Assembly: GCA_016700155.1 (NCBI GenBank)
Contig: CP065001.1
Span: forward strand, 409,788 to 441,787
Length of the DNA stretch: 32,000 nt
Direction of reading: 5' to 3'
Source of the DNA: Ignavibacteriales bacterium
Lineage (GTDB): Bacteria > Bacteroidota > Ignavibacteria > Ignavibacteriales > Ignavibacteriaceae
This document shows positions 1-10,645 of this stretch, one piece after another. The translations under genes were made by a program, and so were the position numbers. How positions within the stretch are numbered: position 1 is the stretch's first letter; every line of letters starts with the position of its first letter. The notes under the pieces are model-generated. The model worked only from the letters and a program-made list of their open reading frames with translations, was not told the origin of the DNA and searched no databases.

Positions 1-1
1 T

Positions 2-697
2 TACTCAGGTTCTTTCCCGCCTGATTACCAATCCGCATATTCTGCTTACAGAAAATATTCTATACCGGAACAGTATATCAATTATGACGGGAACAATGTT
101 ATTGCTGTTCGTGTTTATGACTCCCAGCAGGAAGGCGGCATTGTAGCGGGCAATATCGGCTTTTATTCTGAAGGCGATAAGCCTGTATGTGATATTAATC
201 TTGAAGGACTTTGGAAGTTCAGTACAAATGACAGTTCTGCATGGATGAACATATCCTTCGATGATTCAGGATGGGATAATATTATTGTGCCGGGAATGTG
301 GGAATCACAGGGCTTCAGAGATTATGACGGGTTTGCGTGGTACAGGCGTTCTTTTACTATAGATGAAAATCTTGCCTCACAGAAATTAGTATTGTTGGCG
401 GGAAGGATAGATGATTTTGATGAAGTCTATCTTAACGAAGTCAAAATTGGTACAACAGGAAATATTGTTGATGAGCAGTTAAGTACAGATCTTTCAAATC
501 TCGGTGATTTTTATCGTCAGGCACGCGGTTACTTTGTACCGGATGGACTTTTGAAGCCGGGCAAAAAAAATACAATCGCAATCAGGGTATACGACGGATT
601 TAAAGACGGCGGTATCTATGAAGGTCCGGTTGGATTAATTACACAAAAAAAATACAGTCAGTTCTGGCGTGAAAAAAAGAAATCGGAATTCTTTTAA
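2..697 (+). CDS. C-terminal part of a protein with two tandem GH2-type sugar-binding (galactose-binding-like) domains; the 5' end lies outside the window
   Basis: The frame of ORF 245..697 stays open back to base 2 (YSGSFPPDYQSAYSAYRKYSIPEQY...). The pattern 'W..I.VPG.WE.QG...YDG.AWYRR.F' and the repeated 'IAVRVYD'/'IAIRVYD' are typical of the GH2 N-terminal jelly-roll. Confidence 0.6.
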   Translation, partial: YSGSFPPDYQSAYSAYRKYSIPEQYINYDGNNVIAVRVYDSQQEGGIVAGNIGFYSEGDKPVCDINLEGLWKFSTNDSSAWMNISFDDSGWDNIIVPGMWESQGFRDYDGFAWYRRSFTIDENLASQKLVLLAGRIDDFDEVYLNEVKIGTTGNIVDEQLSTDLSNLGDFYRQARGYFVPDGLLKPGKKNTIAIRVYDGFKDGGIYEGPVGLITQKKYSQFWREKKKSEFF

Positions 698-881
698 AAC
701 TATAGACCGGGCATTCTTCCAAATATTTTTTCCCAAAAAATTCTGAACTAAAACCTGCACTTATTTTCTGCAAATTATTAATCATTTAATCATCTGAAAG
801 CCAGAAGATTGTGAATATTATTTTTTAATTTTATACAGTAATATTTTTCAAAATTATGACAGCATTTAACGAGGTAAAAAA

Positions 882-1985
882 ATGACCAAACTAAACGAAT
901 TAGCTCAGATAGGACAATCAGTGTGGCTTGATTTTATTAGCAGGAAATTGTTAACGAGCGGCGAACTGAAAGAATTAATTTTGCGCGGGTTGAGAGGTAT
1001 GACATCCAATCCGACAATCTTCGATAAAGCAATTTCCCAAAGCAATGATTATGATGAAGAGATAAAAAAACTGATAAGCAAAAAATTATCAATTGAAGAT
1101 GTTTATGAACAACTGGCTATTAGCGATATATCTGTTGCTGCAGATGAAATGCGGACGGTTTACGATTCTACTAAAGGTCTGGATGGTTATGTAAGTCTTG
1201 AAGTAAATCCGTTTCTGGCAAACAACACACGAGATACAATCGATCAGGCATTAAGATTATATAAGACACTTAATCGTCCGAATATCATGATCAAAATACC
1301 CGGAACGCCTGAAGGTATCCCTGCTATTACCGAAGTCATTGCATCGGGAGTGAATGTTAATGTCACTTTAATTTTCAGTGTAGAGAATTACAGGAATGTA
1401 GTCGAAGCATTCATCAGCGGATTGGAAAAACTTGATGCTGCCGGAGGTGATGTTAGTAAAATTGCTTCTGTTGCTTCATTCTTCGTGAGCAGGGTTGATA
1501 CTGCTGCCGATAAAGAACTTGAACTGAAAAAAAATAAAGAGCTGATTGGAAAAGTTGCAATTGCAAATTCAAAAATTGCGTTTGATTATTCGCAGCTGAT
1601 TTATTCATCGCCTCGCTGGAAAAAACTTGCTGACAAAGGTGCACGCGTTCAAAGGTTGTTATGGGCATCAACAAGCACAAAAAATCCGAATTACAAAGAC
1701 ACAATTTATGTTGATGAACTTATCGGACCGGACACCGTCAACACAATGCCCCCGGCAACTATAGACTCATTTGTCGATCACGGTATTGTAAAGGAAACTC
1801 TGAGCCAGGGAATACCGGAAGCAAAACAGCAGATCAAAAAACTAAGTGATCTCGGGATCAGTCTTGATGCCATAACTGAAAAATTACAGGTCGACGGAGT
1901 TAAATCATTTTCAGAATCATTTACATCACTACTCAGCAGTCTTGAAAGCAAAGTAAAAAAGCTAAAGGAAGAGGTTGGTGTATGA
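882..1985 (+). CDS. tal: transaldolase
   Basis: 367 aa. It has the motifs 'GQSVWLDFISR', 'RGMTSNPTIF' and 'MIKIPGT', typical of long-form transaldolases. An AGG-rich stretch precedes the ATG. Confidence 0.9.
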   Translation: MTKLNELAQIGQSVWLDFISRKLLTSGELKELILRGLRGMTSNPTIFDKAISQSNDYDEEIKKLISKKLSIEDVYEQLAISDISVAADEMRTVYDSTKGLDGYVSLEVNPFLANNTRDTIDQALRLYKTLNRPNIMIKIPGTPEGIPAITEVIASGVNVNVTLIFSVENYRNVVEAFISGLEKLDAAGGDVSKIASVASFFVSRVDTAADKELELKKNKELIGKVAIANSKIAFDYSQLIYSSPRWKKLADKGARVQRLLWASTSTKNPNYKDTIYVDELIGPDTVNTMPPATIDSFVDHGIVKETLSQGIPEAKQQIKKLSDLGISLDAITEKLQVDGVKSFSESFTSLLSSLESKVKKLKEEVGV

Positions 1986-3658
1986 CATTTTCGGCAGACA
2001 CTTTTCAGGAAAAAATTAACAGTACAATAACACGTCTTGTTAATGAAAAAGTTGTAGAAAGAATCTGGGAAAAAGATTTTACAGTATGGAGCAATAAACC
2101 GGATGAAATAGTCAACAGGCTTGGATGGTTAATCAGTCCTGACGTAACAAAAAAATCATTTGATGAAATAAAAAATTTCGTTGCCGAAATCAGAGCAGAA
2201 GGATTTACACACGCACTGCTTATGGGAATGGGAGGCTCAAGTCTTGCCCCGGAAGTTTTCCGGTTAACGTTCGGAGTCAAAGAAGGTTATCTTGATCTGT
2301 CAGTGCTTGATACAACGGACCCGTCCACTATTCTTTCCTTTGAAGAAAAACTGGAGCCATCAAAAACACTTTATATCGTTTCGACAAAATCCGGCGGAAC
2401 AGTTGAAACAATTTCATTTATGAAATATTTCTATAACTCTGTGATGAGCAAACTCGGTAAGGAAAAAGCCGGGAATCATTTCATAGCAATAACTGACCCG
2501 GGAAGCGGGTTACAGCAAATGGCAATCGATCTACGGTTCCGAAAAATATTTTTAAATGATCCTGAAATCGGGGGAAGATATTCCGCATTGTCTTTGTTTG
2601 GTATTGTTCCAGCAGCATTGATTGGTGTTGACGTAGAAAAGATAATATCTGCTGCATCAAGTGAAGCAGTGAGATGTAAAAAATCCGGTTTAAACATTAA
2701 TGACAATCAGGCATCAATACTCGGTATAATGCTTGGAATATTTGCTGAAGCCGGTAAAAATAAAGTGACTTTTCTTCTATCTGAAAAAATAAAAAGTTTC
2801 GGCGGCTGGGCTGAGCAGCTTATAGCAGAAAGCACAGGAAAAATTGGGAAAGGAATTTTACCTGTTGATCTTGAAGAACATCAACTGCCTGAAAATTATG
2901 GAACAGACAGAGTTTTTGTAAACGTCCGGCTTGAAGACGATCTTTCAAATAATTCATTCATCCAGTCAATAAAAAGTTCAGAACGTCCTGTAATTGAAAT
3001 AGTGATGGATGATGAATATGATTTGGGAAAAGAATTTTTCAGATGGGAATTTGCAACGGCTATTGCCGGATGGTATCTCAGTATTCAGCCATTTGACCAG
3101 CCGAATGTTGAAGAAGCAAAAGTGATTGCAAGAAGAATGGTCAAAGAATACCAGGAGAAAGGTAAACTTCCTGAATTGATTCCAACTCTTAATCAGAATG
3201 GTATTAAAGTTTATAGTGATGTTGGTGCTGATAATGTTAGTGATGCTGTGAAAAACTTTTTAGATGGCACCAACAGTGGTAAAAACTATGTGGCAATACA
3301 CGCATATCTAAAGCCCGGTGAAAGAATATTCAAATCATTACAGGTATTGCGCACAAAAATTTTAGAAAAGTATAAGGCTGCCACAACTTTAGGATTTGGT
3401 CCAAGATTTCTCCATTCCACCGGGCAACTCCATAAAGGTGATGACGGTTCAGGTTATTTCATTCAAATAATAAACATTGAAGAGAAGGAAGCAGCAATTC
3501 CCGATAATGCAGGCTCGAATGAGACCTCAATAAGTTTTGGAATTTTAATACGGGCCCAGGCTTTGGGTGACAGGCAGGTTTTGATTGATAATAACCGCAA
3601 AGTTCTTACACTGGAAATAAGCGGGAATGCGGAAAAAGTAATCGAAAATCTTTTTTAG
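1982..3658 (+). CDS. pgi: glucose-6-phosphate isomerase (the transaldolase-associated PGI type)
   Basis: 558 aa. It has the SIS-domain motif 'LLMGMGGSSLAPEV', 'VSTKSGGTVET' and 'GGRYSALS'. Its start overlaps the tal stop in an ATGA (1982-1985). Confidence 0.85.
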   Translation: MTFSADTFQEKINSTITRLVNEKVVERIWEKDFTVWSNKPDEIVNRLGWLISPDVTKKSFDEIKNFVAEIRAEGFTHALLMGMGGSSLAPEVFRLTFGVKEGYLDLSVLDTTDPSTILSFEEKLEPSKTLYIVSTKSGGTVETISFMKYFYNSVMSKLGKEKAGNHFIAITDPGSGLQQMAIDLRFRKIFLNDPEIGGRYSALSLFGIVPAALIGVDVEKIISAASSEAVRCKKSGLNINDNQASILGIMLGIFAEAGKNKVTFLLSEKIKSFGGWAEQLIAESTGKIGKGILPVDLEEHQLPENYGTDRVFVNVRLEDDLSNNSFIQSIKSSERPVIEIVMDDEYDLGKEFFRWEFATAIAGWYLSIQPFDQPNVEEAKVIARRMVKEYQEKGKLPELIPTLNQNGIKVYSDVGADNVSDAVKNFLDGTNSGKNYVAIHAYLKPGERIFKSLQVLRTKILEKYKAATTLGFGPRFLHSTGQLHKGDDGSGYFIQIINIEEKEAAIPDNAGSNETSISFGILIRAQALGDRQVLIDNNRKVLTLEISGNAEKVIENLF

Positions 3659-3677
3659 AATTTTTAAAATAAAAAAA

Positions 3678-4145
3678 CCGGGGGGCTCTCTCTATTAAAA
3701 CCTGAAGGCTTTACAATTCAGGTCCGCGGGCGCAAATTAAATCAGAGCGAGCCGGTGATTATTGCTAATCCCCCGGTAGTAACATACTCACAGATATTCA
3801 TCGGTTCGGAATTTAAGTGCTGTTTAGTACATTTGATCATCATTCTAACGTAGTGTTTTATTTAGGTATCTATGAGCAGTTGACTTTAAACTCAAAACTG
3901 CGGCATACTTAATTCATCGTATAGCCTACTCCATGAATCCGGGCACACTCTAGTTCTCATATCATCGTTCTTCGGTCCGCCGCAGTTATTTAAGTTCTGG
4001 CAACCGGAAAAATCCGGTTCAAACAAAATTTCAATTAATGCTGAATGATGCGGGTTCTCTATCTTACTAACTTAAGGCACAGTTCATTCGGTTATCACTC
4101 AGTTCACTCACTAACTCATCAACACAGAACCCGCTGTCATCATTC
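3678..4145. ncRNA. candidate structured noncoding RNA(s) of unknown class in a 745-bp ORF-free convergent intergenic gap
   Basis: No ORF of 60 aa or more lies between 3659 and 4404. Three long-range helices are present: CCGGGGGG 3678-3685 with CCCCCGG 3770-3776; AACTGCGGC 3896-3904 with GCCGCAGTT 3979-3987; GAATGATGCGGGTTCT 4043-4058 with AGAACCCGCTGTCATCATTC 4126-4145. There are also local hairpins at 3701-3722 and 4002-4019. On the minus strand the first helix is followed by a T7 run (3671-3677). Confidence 0.3.
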
Positions 4146-4404
4146 AAAGCACAGATCTCCAATCTTTTATCAGTAATCTTAGCCTGTTCATCATTTATTC
4201 AAAGAGCGGAATTCATAACTAACTCGTAAGCAAAATAATCGTTCAAAGGTTTTTTGGATATAGTGTATAATTTGAAAATGCAGTAGGATTATTAAAGACC
4301 GGGCTGTAGTATATCCTCTACAAAAGACAATTGAATAAAATGAATACAGGAGAATCAGTGACAGATCTAAAAATCATCTCCCCTGAATTGATTTTTAATT
4401 TTAT

Positions 4405-4785
4405 TTATCCGGTCTGACTAAATTTTTGAACAAGATTATCCAGAACTATAACCACGCGGTCAAACTCAGTTGTCTTGTCAAAAAAATAATCGGCGCCTTT
4501 CAGTTTACACTTTTCAACATACTGCGATGCAGTATAATTTGTTAACATCATTACCACAGTCGTCGGGGTTTTTGATTTGATCATATCAATCAATTCAATT
4601 CCGGGACCTGATGGAAGATTTATATCAAGGACAATTGCATCATAATAAAACTGATTTAACAGATTTTTAGCATCCGGTAAATCATTAGCTTCATCTATTG
4701 CGGAAAGTCCGTCAATATTCTGAAGAAGCTTTATCAGGCTTTGCCTTATCGCGTTTGAGTCATCAACAATTAGTACACGTAACAT
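4405..4785 (-). CDS. single-domain response regulator (CheY-like receiver)
   Basis: 126 aa. 'MLRVLIVDDS', 'DAIVLDINLPSGPG' and 'KGADYFFDK' give the receiver-domain acidic pocket, phospho-Asp and Lys pattern. Confidence 0.85.
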   Translation of the reverse strand: MLRVLIVDDSNAIRQSLIKLLQNIDGLSAIDEANDLPDAKNLLNQFYYDAIVLDINLPSGPGIELIDMIKSKTPTTVVMMLTNYTASQYVEKCKLKGADYFFDKTTEFDRVVIVLDNLVQKFSQTG

Positions 4786-4908
4786 TCTGTAAACACAAAG
4801 TGATCATTATCTCCTGTGATAAAATAATTTTTACCCGGAATTTGTTTCGTCAATAAAAAGATGAAAGTAGAGTAGTATAATTACTACACGACGGATTTAA
4901 ACGAAAAG

Positions 4909-5541
4909 CTAATCGATGAGTTTGTTTGTTATTGCGTAGTGAATAAGTTCAGCATTTGAGGAAATATTAAGTTTCTCAAGAACTCTTGTACGGTATGTAT
5001 TTACTGTACTAAGACTCAATGCAAGTTCATCAGCAATAATGGTTTGGGATTTTCCCAATGCCATCATATGCATAATCTGGAATTCTCTGTCGGATAAAAG
5101 TTCGTGTGCCGGTCTGGTCATGTCCGTATCCAGTGACCCGGCGATTTTTTCTGCAAGGTTTGGACTTATATATTTTCCGCCTGATGCAACTTTTCTGATT
5201 GCTTTTACAAGTTCATCAGGCGCACTGTCTTTTGTAAGATACCCGGATGCACCGGCTTTTAATGATCTTACAGCAAACCTTTCTTCCGGATGCATACTCA
5301 GTATTAATATTTTCTGTCCGGGTTTAAGTATTTTAATTTCCTTAAGAACATCAAGTCCGCTTTTGCCTGGCAGGTTAATATCAAGTATCAGAACATCCAC
5401 TTTTAAGCTGATGATTTTGTCAGCGAGTTCAAAAGGATTGCCGGATTCTCCTGCAACGGTAATATCGGATTCTTCTTTTAATATTTTTTTAAATCCCTCA
5501 CGTATGAGTGAGTGATCATCAGCGATAAAAACCTGTATCAT
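4909..5541 (-). CDS. NarL/FixJ-family response regulator (receiver plus LuxR-type HTH)
   Basis: 210 aa. The receiver shows 'IQVFIADDH' and 'DVLILDINLPGKSG'. The C-terminal part 'LSDREFQIMHMMALGKSQTIIADELALSLSTVNTYRTRVLEKL' is a LuxR/GerE HTH. Confidence 0.9.
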   Translation of the reverse strand: MIQVFIADDHSLIREGFKKILKEESDITVAGESGNPFELADKIISLKVDVLILDINLPGKSGLDVLKEIKILKPGQKILILSMHPEERFAVRSLKAGASGYLTKDSAPDELVKAIRKVASGGKYISPNLAEKIAGSLDTDMTRPAHELLSDREFQIMHMMALGKSQTIIADELALSLSTVNTYRTRVLEKLNISSNAELIHYAITNKLID

Positions 5542-5559
5542 AATTAATTATTTTAATTG

Positions 5560-7947
5560 TTAAATACTTATGGGAACTTCGATAGATAATCTTGTCCCTT
5601 TACCGTCATCCGAATCAATTTTAAAATTTCCGCCAAGTATAATTGTTCTCTCTTTCATACCAAGCAGACCGAATGTTTTTTTCTTTTCCAATTTTGTTTT
5701 GTCAATACCAACGCCGTTGTCTGAAATATCCATCATTAATTTGGAGTCCTTTGAATAAAGGTTTACACAGACTTCTGTCGCACTGGCGTGTTTAACTACG
5801 TTTGTCAATGCTTCCTGGAAAATCCTGAAGACAGCTATTGCAGCCTGGTTATTTATTTCTAAATCATCCATCGCTTTTTTGAATGAATGCTTAATCCCGG
5901 TCTTCTCTGAAAATTCCTGTATCTGCCATTCCAATGCGGGGATCAGTCCAAGATTATCAAGAACTTCGGGTCTTAGTTCAGTAATCAATTTCCTTATTCG
6001 CTTAACAGCTTTGTCAATTATCTCAGTCATTCCTTTTATCTCGGATTGAAAGTCAAATTTATGATGACTTTGATCACCAGAAGAAATATTCTTTCCCAGC
6101 AGTGTTAAATTTATTTTAAGGTACGTAAGAACCTGTCCAAGTTCATCATGGATTTCCCGTGCAACTGCAGTCCTTTCCTCTTCTCTTATATTCTGTAGAT
6201 TTGCCGCAAGCTGTCTGAGTTGTTCTTTAGAATTCCGGAGTTCTTCTTCAGCAATTAATTTTTCTGTTACATCATTAGCTAAGATCAACCGGGCGGGTTC
6301 GATTCCAAAATTAATTGAATGAGAAGCGATTTCAGCGTTAATAACTGTTCCGTCCTTTTTTTTGTGCTGCCAGATTCCCGCATAGTTAAAATCATTGAAA
6401 TTCTTTTTTATAAATTCTCTTAATTTTTTTACTTCAGTAACAGGTCGGATATCTTCAATCGTCATAGATAAAAATTCTTCACGCGTGTAACCGTATTTCT
6501 GTTCAGCGGCAGAGTTAACTGCAAGAAACCTGAGTGTTTCAGTATTGTAAACCCACATTGGTAATGGATTGTTCTTGAATAACAATCTGTATCTCTCTTC
6601 TGAATTTTTTAGTGCATCTTCAAGAAGTTTTCTTTCAGTGATATCCTGCGCAGTTCCGAAAATCCTGACCGGATTATTTTGTTCATCATAACTGAATTCA
6701 CCTTTGGTAAGAATATTTCTTACTGCGCCATCAGGACGTACGATCCTGTATTCAACTACCATCGGCTTTCTGTTGGTTAACGCATCTGATTGAGCATTAA
6801 TTCTTTTCTGCCTGTCTTCAGGATGAATGGCTGAAAATAGATCCTGGTACTGAGCTGAAATTCTGTCTTCCGGAATACCGAAGATTTCATAAATATGATG
6901 CGACCAGGTCATTCGGTTAGTTTTCAGATCAAGCTCCCAGTTGCTAAGGTTTGCAATCTTCTGTGCTTTGTCCAGCATCTGCTGACTGTACCTGAGTTCA
7001 TCCTCAATCTTCTTTCGCTTCTCAAGTTCACTCATCAGGTCATTTGAACTTTTCTGAAGTTTATTTTTGTAATGAACAGTTATGATTAGAATTAGAATTG
7101 TTATCAAAAGCAGGGCACCCAGTATGTACTGCAGGTACCTGCTTAAGAATTTAATTATTCCAGGGTCATCATCAATCAGTAGCCACTTATTATAGATTTT
7201 ATCAAAAGTACCGTTTAATTTTATTTCACCAAGACCCCGGTTAAGCTCCATTAATAATTTTGTATTACCTTTTTTGACTGCGAGCCTGTATTCACAGGGA
7301 AGAAGCGGGGGACCGCTTGTTGTAACGTTGTCTAAATCCAGTTTGTTGATGACATATCTGCCAACCTGTTCGCCGAGTATTGTACAATCATGTTTACCCG
7401 AAGACAATAACTTCAACGCAGACGGTTCATCATTAACAAGAATCAGGTTTACATCAGTTTGCATCGATAACAGTAAATCATGAACATAGGCATGATCCTG
7501 AAGAATAATTTCTTTACCGAAGCATTCTTCAAGTGCTGAAACCGGAGGGGAATCTTTTCTTATAAAAATCTGGTGATTGATAATTGTAAATGCATCTCCG
7601 AAATCTACATTCTCCGACCGTTGAGGAAGGTAAAACATTGAAAGTATATCGGCGCTTCCTTTATCAATTTTTTTCCGCGCATCAGTCCAATTCATTAATT
7701 CAACGCGAACATCTTTGTTTAAAATTTTACCGATCGCTCTTATCAATTCAACATTAAAACCAGCCGGTTTACCACTTTGATCAAGGTATTCGTAAGGGGG
7801 ATATCCTTTATCTCCCACATACACAAGTTCATTTATTTGCTGTGCAGAAATTTCCAGGTTTAATATGATGGAGAGAGCTGCAAATGCAATTGCTCTAAGA
7901 GGTATAAAAACAGAAAAAATATTCTTTATTATTTTTGAGACCGGCAT
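5560..7947 (-). CDS. sensor histidine kinase: periplasmic family-3 solute-binding domain, TM helix, PAS repeats, HisKA_3, HATPase
   Basis: 795 aa. It has an N-terminal hydrophobic signal, an SBP-like segment ('YVGDKGYPPYEYLDQSGKPAGFNVELIRAIG') and a TM helix ('ILGALLLITILILIITV'). It also has PAS-like blocks, an H-box 'REIHDELGQVLT' and the ATPase motifs 'DNGVGI' and 'FGLLGMKER'. It lies 18 nt upstream of the NarL-type regulator. Confidence 0.9.
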   Translation of the reverse strand: MPVSKIIKNIFSVFIPLRAIAFAALSIILNLEISAQQINELVYVGDKGYPPYEYLDQSGKPAGFNVELIRAIGKILNKDVRVELMNWTDARKKIDKGSADILSMFYLPQRSENVDFGDAFTIINHQIFIRKDSPPVSALEECFGKEIILQDHAYVHDLLLSMQTDVNLILVNDEPSALKLLSSGKHDCTILGEQVGRYVINKLDLDNVTTSGPPLLPCEYRLAVKKGNTKLLMELNRGLGEIKLNGTFDKIYNKWLLIDDDPGIIKFLSRYLQYILGALLLITILILIITVHYKNKLQKSSNDLMSELEKRKKIEDELRYSQQMLDKAQKIANLSNWELDLKTNRMTWSHHIYEIFGIPEDRISAQYQDLFSAIHPEDRQKRINAQSDALTNRKPMVVEYRIVRPDGAVRNILTKGEFSYDEQNNPVRIFGTAQDITERKLLEDALKNSEERYRLLFKNNPLPMWVYNTETLRFLAVNSAAEQKYGYTREEFLSMTIEDIRPVTEVKKLREFIKKNFNDFNYAGIWQHKKKDGTVINAEIASHSINFGIEPARLILANDVTEKLIAEEELRNSKEQLRQLAANLQNIREEERTAVAREIHDELGQVLTYLKINLTLLGKNISSGDQSHHKFDFQSEIKGMTEIIDKAVKRIRKLITELRPEVLDNLGLIPALEWQIQEFSEKTGIKHSFKKAMDDLEINNQAAIAVFRIFQEALTNVVKHASATEVCVNLYSKDSKLMMDISDNGVGIDKTKLEKKKTFGLLGMKERTIILGGNFKIDSDDGKGTRLSIEVPISI

Positions 7948-8075
7948 TTTATCATCAGAGTATTTTATTGAGAGAGGTAAGCTTCACAAACATAATTATT
8001 CATGAATCATTGAGTCATAGTGTCTGCTAACCAATGAAAATATAATAAGATTTATTAAACCATCCGAGAACAAAT

Positions 8076-9002
8076 TTATTTTTCATTCTGAACAATTTCA
8101 GCACGGATTTTCTTTTTATTCAAATCATCCCCGCGTTTTACAAGAGCCACTCCCGCAAAAACAATTACCGATGCAACAATTGTAATTGAATCGATATGTT
8201 CATTCAATATAAGCCAGCCTAAGAATAAAGCTATCACCGGATTTATATAAGCATACGTTGATACAAGTGAAAGAGGCAAATGCGCAACTGCATAGATATA
8301 TGAACCATATCCTATTATTGATCCGGCAAATATCAAATAGAGTAATGCTAAAGTGCTGTTTGTTTCAAGAGTAAATACTGAAAATTCACCAAGCGAAGTA
8401 CCAAGCAAAGTGAGTACAACACCGGCGACAAGCATCTGTACAGAGGCTCCCATCAAAGGATGAACACTTATCTTTTTATGTTTAGAATATAATGTTCCAA
8501 GCGCCCAGAAAAATTCTGCGGCAAGAAGACTTATTATCCCGACTATATATGAACTGTTAAACATAGTTGAAATGTCGCGTCCAAAAATTAAAAGTATACC
8601 AAGCAAGCCGAGAATTAATCCCGCAATAGAAGTCAGATTCAGTTTAGGTCTGTCAGGAAAGAAAGTTTCCAAGCCTATTATCCAGAAAGGAATAGTAGTG
8701 ATTATCAATGCTGTTAATCCGCTTGGTATCCATTGCTCTGCTACAACAACAAGACCATTGCCTCCGCCTAACAGTAGTAAGCCCATAATACCAAGATGTA
8801 CGACTTCTTTTTTTGAAGGAAGATGTTTTCCTCTGAGGTAAAGGAATGTCATAAAAATAGAACCTGCAATTATCCAGCGGAAACCGGCAAACAACATTGG
8901 AGGTAAATGTTCAACACCAACTCTTATTGCTAAATAAGTTGTGCCCCAAACAATGCATATCATTATCCACGCTAAATACGCTCTGAAGTTTTCTTTGTTC
9001 AT
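8076..9002 (-). CDS. DMT-superfamily (EamA-like) transporter
   Basis: 308 aa with about 10 hydrophobic helices in a duplicated EamA pattern ('WGTTYLAIRVGVEHLPP...'). Confidence 0.85.
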   Translation of the reverse strand: MNKENFRAYLAWIMICIVWGTTYLAIRVGVEHLPPMLFAGFRWIIAGSIFMTFLYLRGKHLPSKKEVVHLGIMGLLLLGGGNGLVVVAEQWIPSGLTALIITTIPFWIIGLETFFPDRPKLNLTSIAGLILGLLGILLIFGRDISTMFNSSYIVGIISLLAAEFFWALGTLYSKHKKISVHPLMGASVQMLVAGVVLTLLGTSLGEFSVFTLETNSTLALLYLIFAGSIIGYGSYIYAVAHLPLSLVSTYAYINPVIALFLGWLILNEHIDSITIVASVIVFAGVALVKRGDDLNKKKIRAEIVQNEK

Positions 9003-9147
9003 AGTCCATTGTTTTTAACGGCTGTCAATATAACTAAAAAGCAATACTTGCCGGTGAATATTGTGATGAAATAATAATTACACGGATTGACGTTTTACTT
9101 TTTTTTTCATACCCCTTTATCTAATTTTGTATAGCAATTTTTGATAA

Positions 9148-10479
<1,332 letters not shown>

Positions 10480-10497
10480 TTAAATAAATTATTTAAT

Positions 10498-10622
10498 GAA
10501 GAGGTTGCCTCAAAAAGTTATGTCAACCTGAACTTGTTTCAGGTTCTTATTTTACTTCAGAAATGAAGTCAGAGATTCCGAAACAAGTTCGGAATGACTT
10601 TTGGGAGGCAGCCTCTTTTTTT
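10498..10622 (+). terminator. eno intrinsic terminator whose loop holds three nested hairpins
   Basis: GAGGTTGCCTC 10501-10511 pairs (one G-U) with GAGGCAGCCTC 10605-10615 and is followed by T7 (10616-10622). Inside are hairpins at 10525-10545, 10554-10569 and 10575-10595. Confidence 0.55.
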
Positions 10623-10645
10623 CTCAACTGATTAAGCGGGGATTT

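Noticed and set aside
3678-3776. This 99-nt segment was considered as 4.5S/SRP RNA. It starts GGGGGGCTCT, ends CCCCC and contains TCAGGTCCG, as in E. coli ffs. The wider gap was also checked for RNase P RNA and tmRNA.
   Set aside because: The most conserved SRP domain IV string (GGAAGGAAGCAGC with a GNRA loop) is absent, and the fold is not a single rod. I found no GGAAAGTCCGG-type RNase P CR-I on either strand. The ACAGAACCCGC at about 4124 pairs locally with 4051-4058 instead. No tmRNA acceptor or T-arm (GGTTCGA..CCACCA) is present.
10601-10645. The ORF track's glnA start at 10601 (TTG) adds 15 residues, MGGSLFFSQLIKRGF.
   Set aside because: These codons coincide with the 3' arm and T-run of the eno terminator. 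ATG 10646 begins the conserved GS N-terminus.
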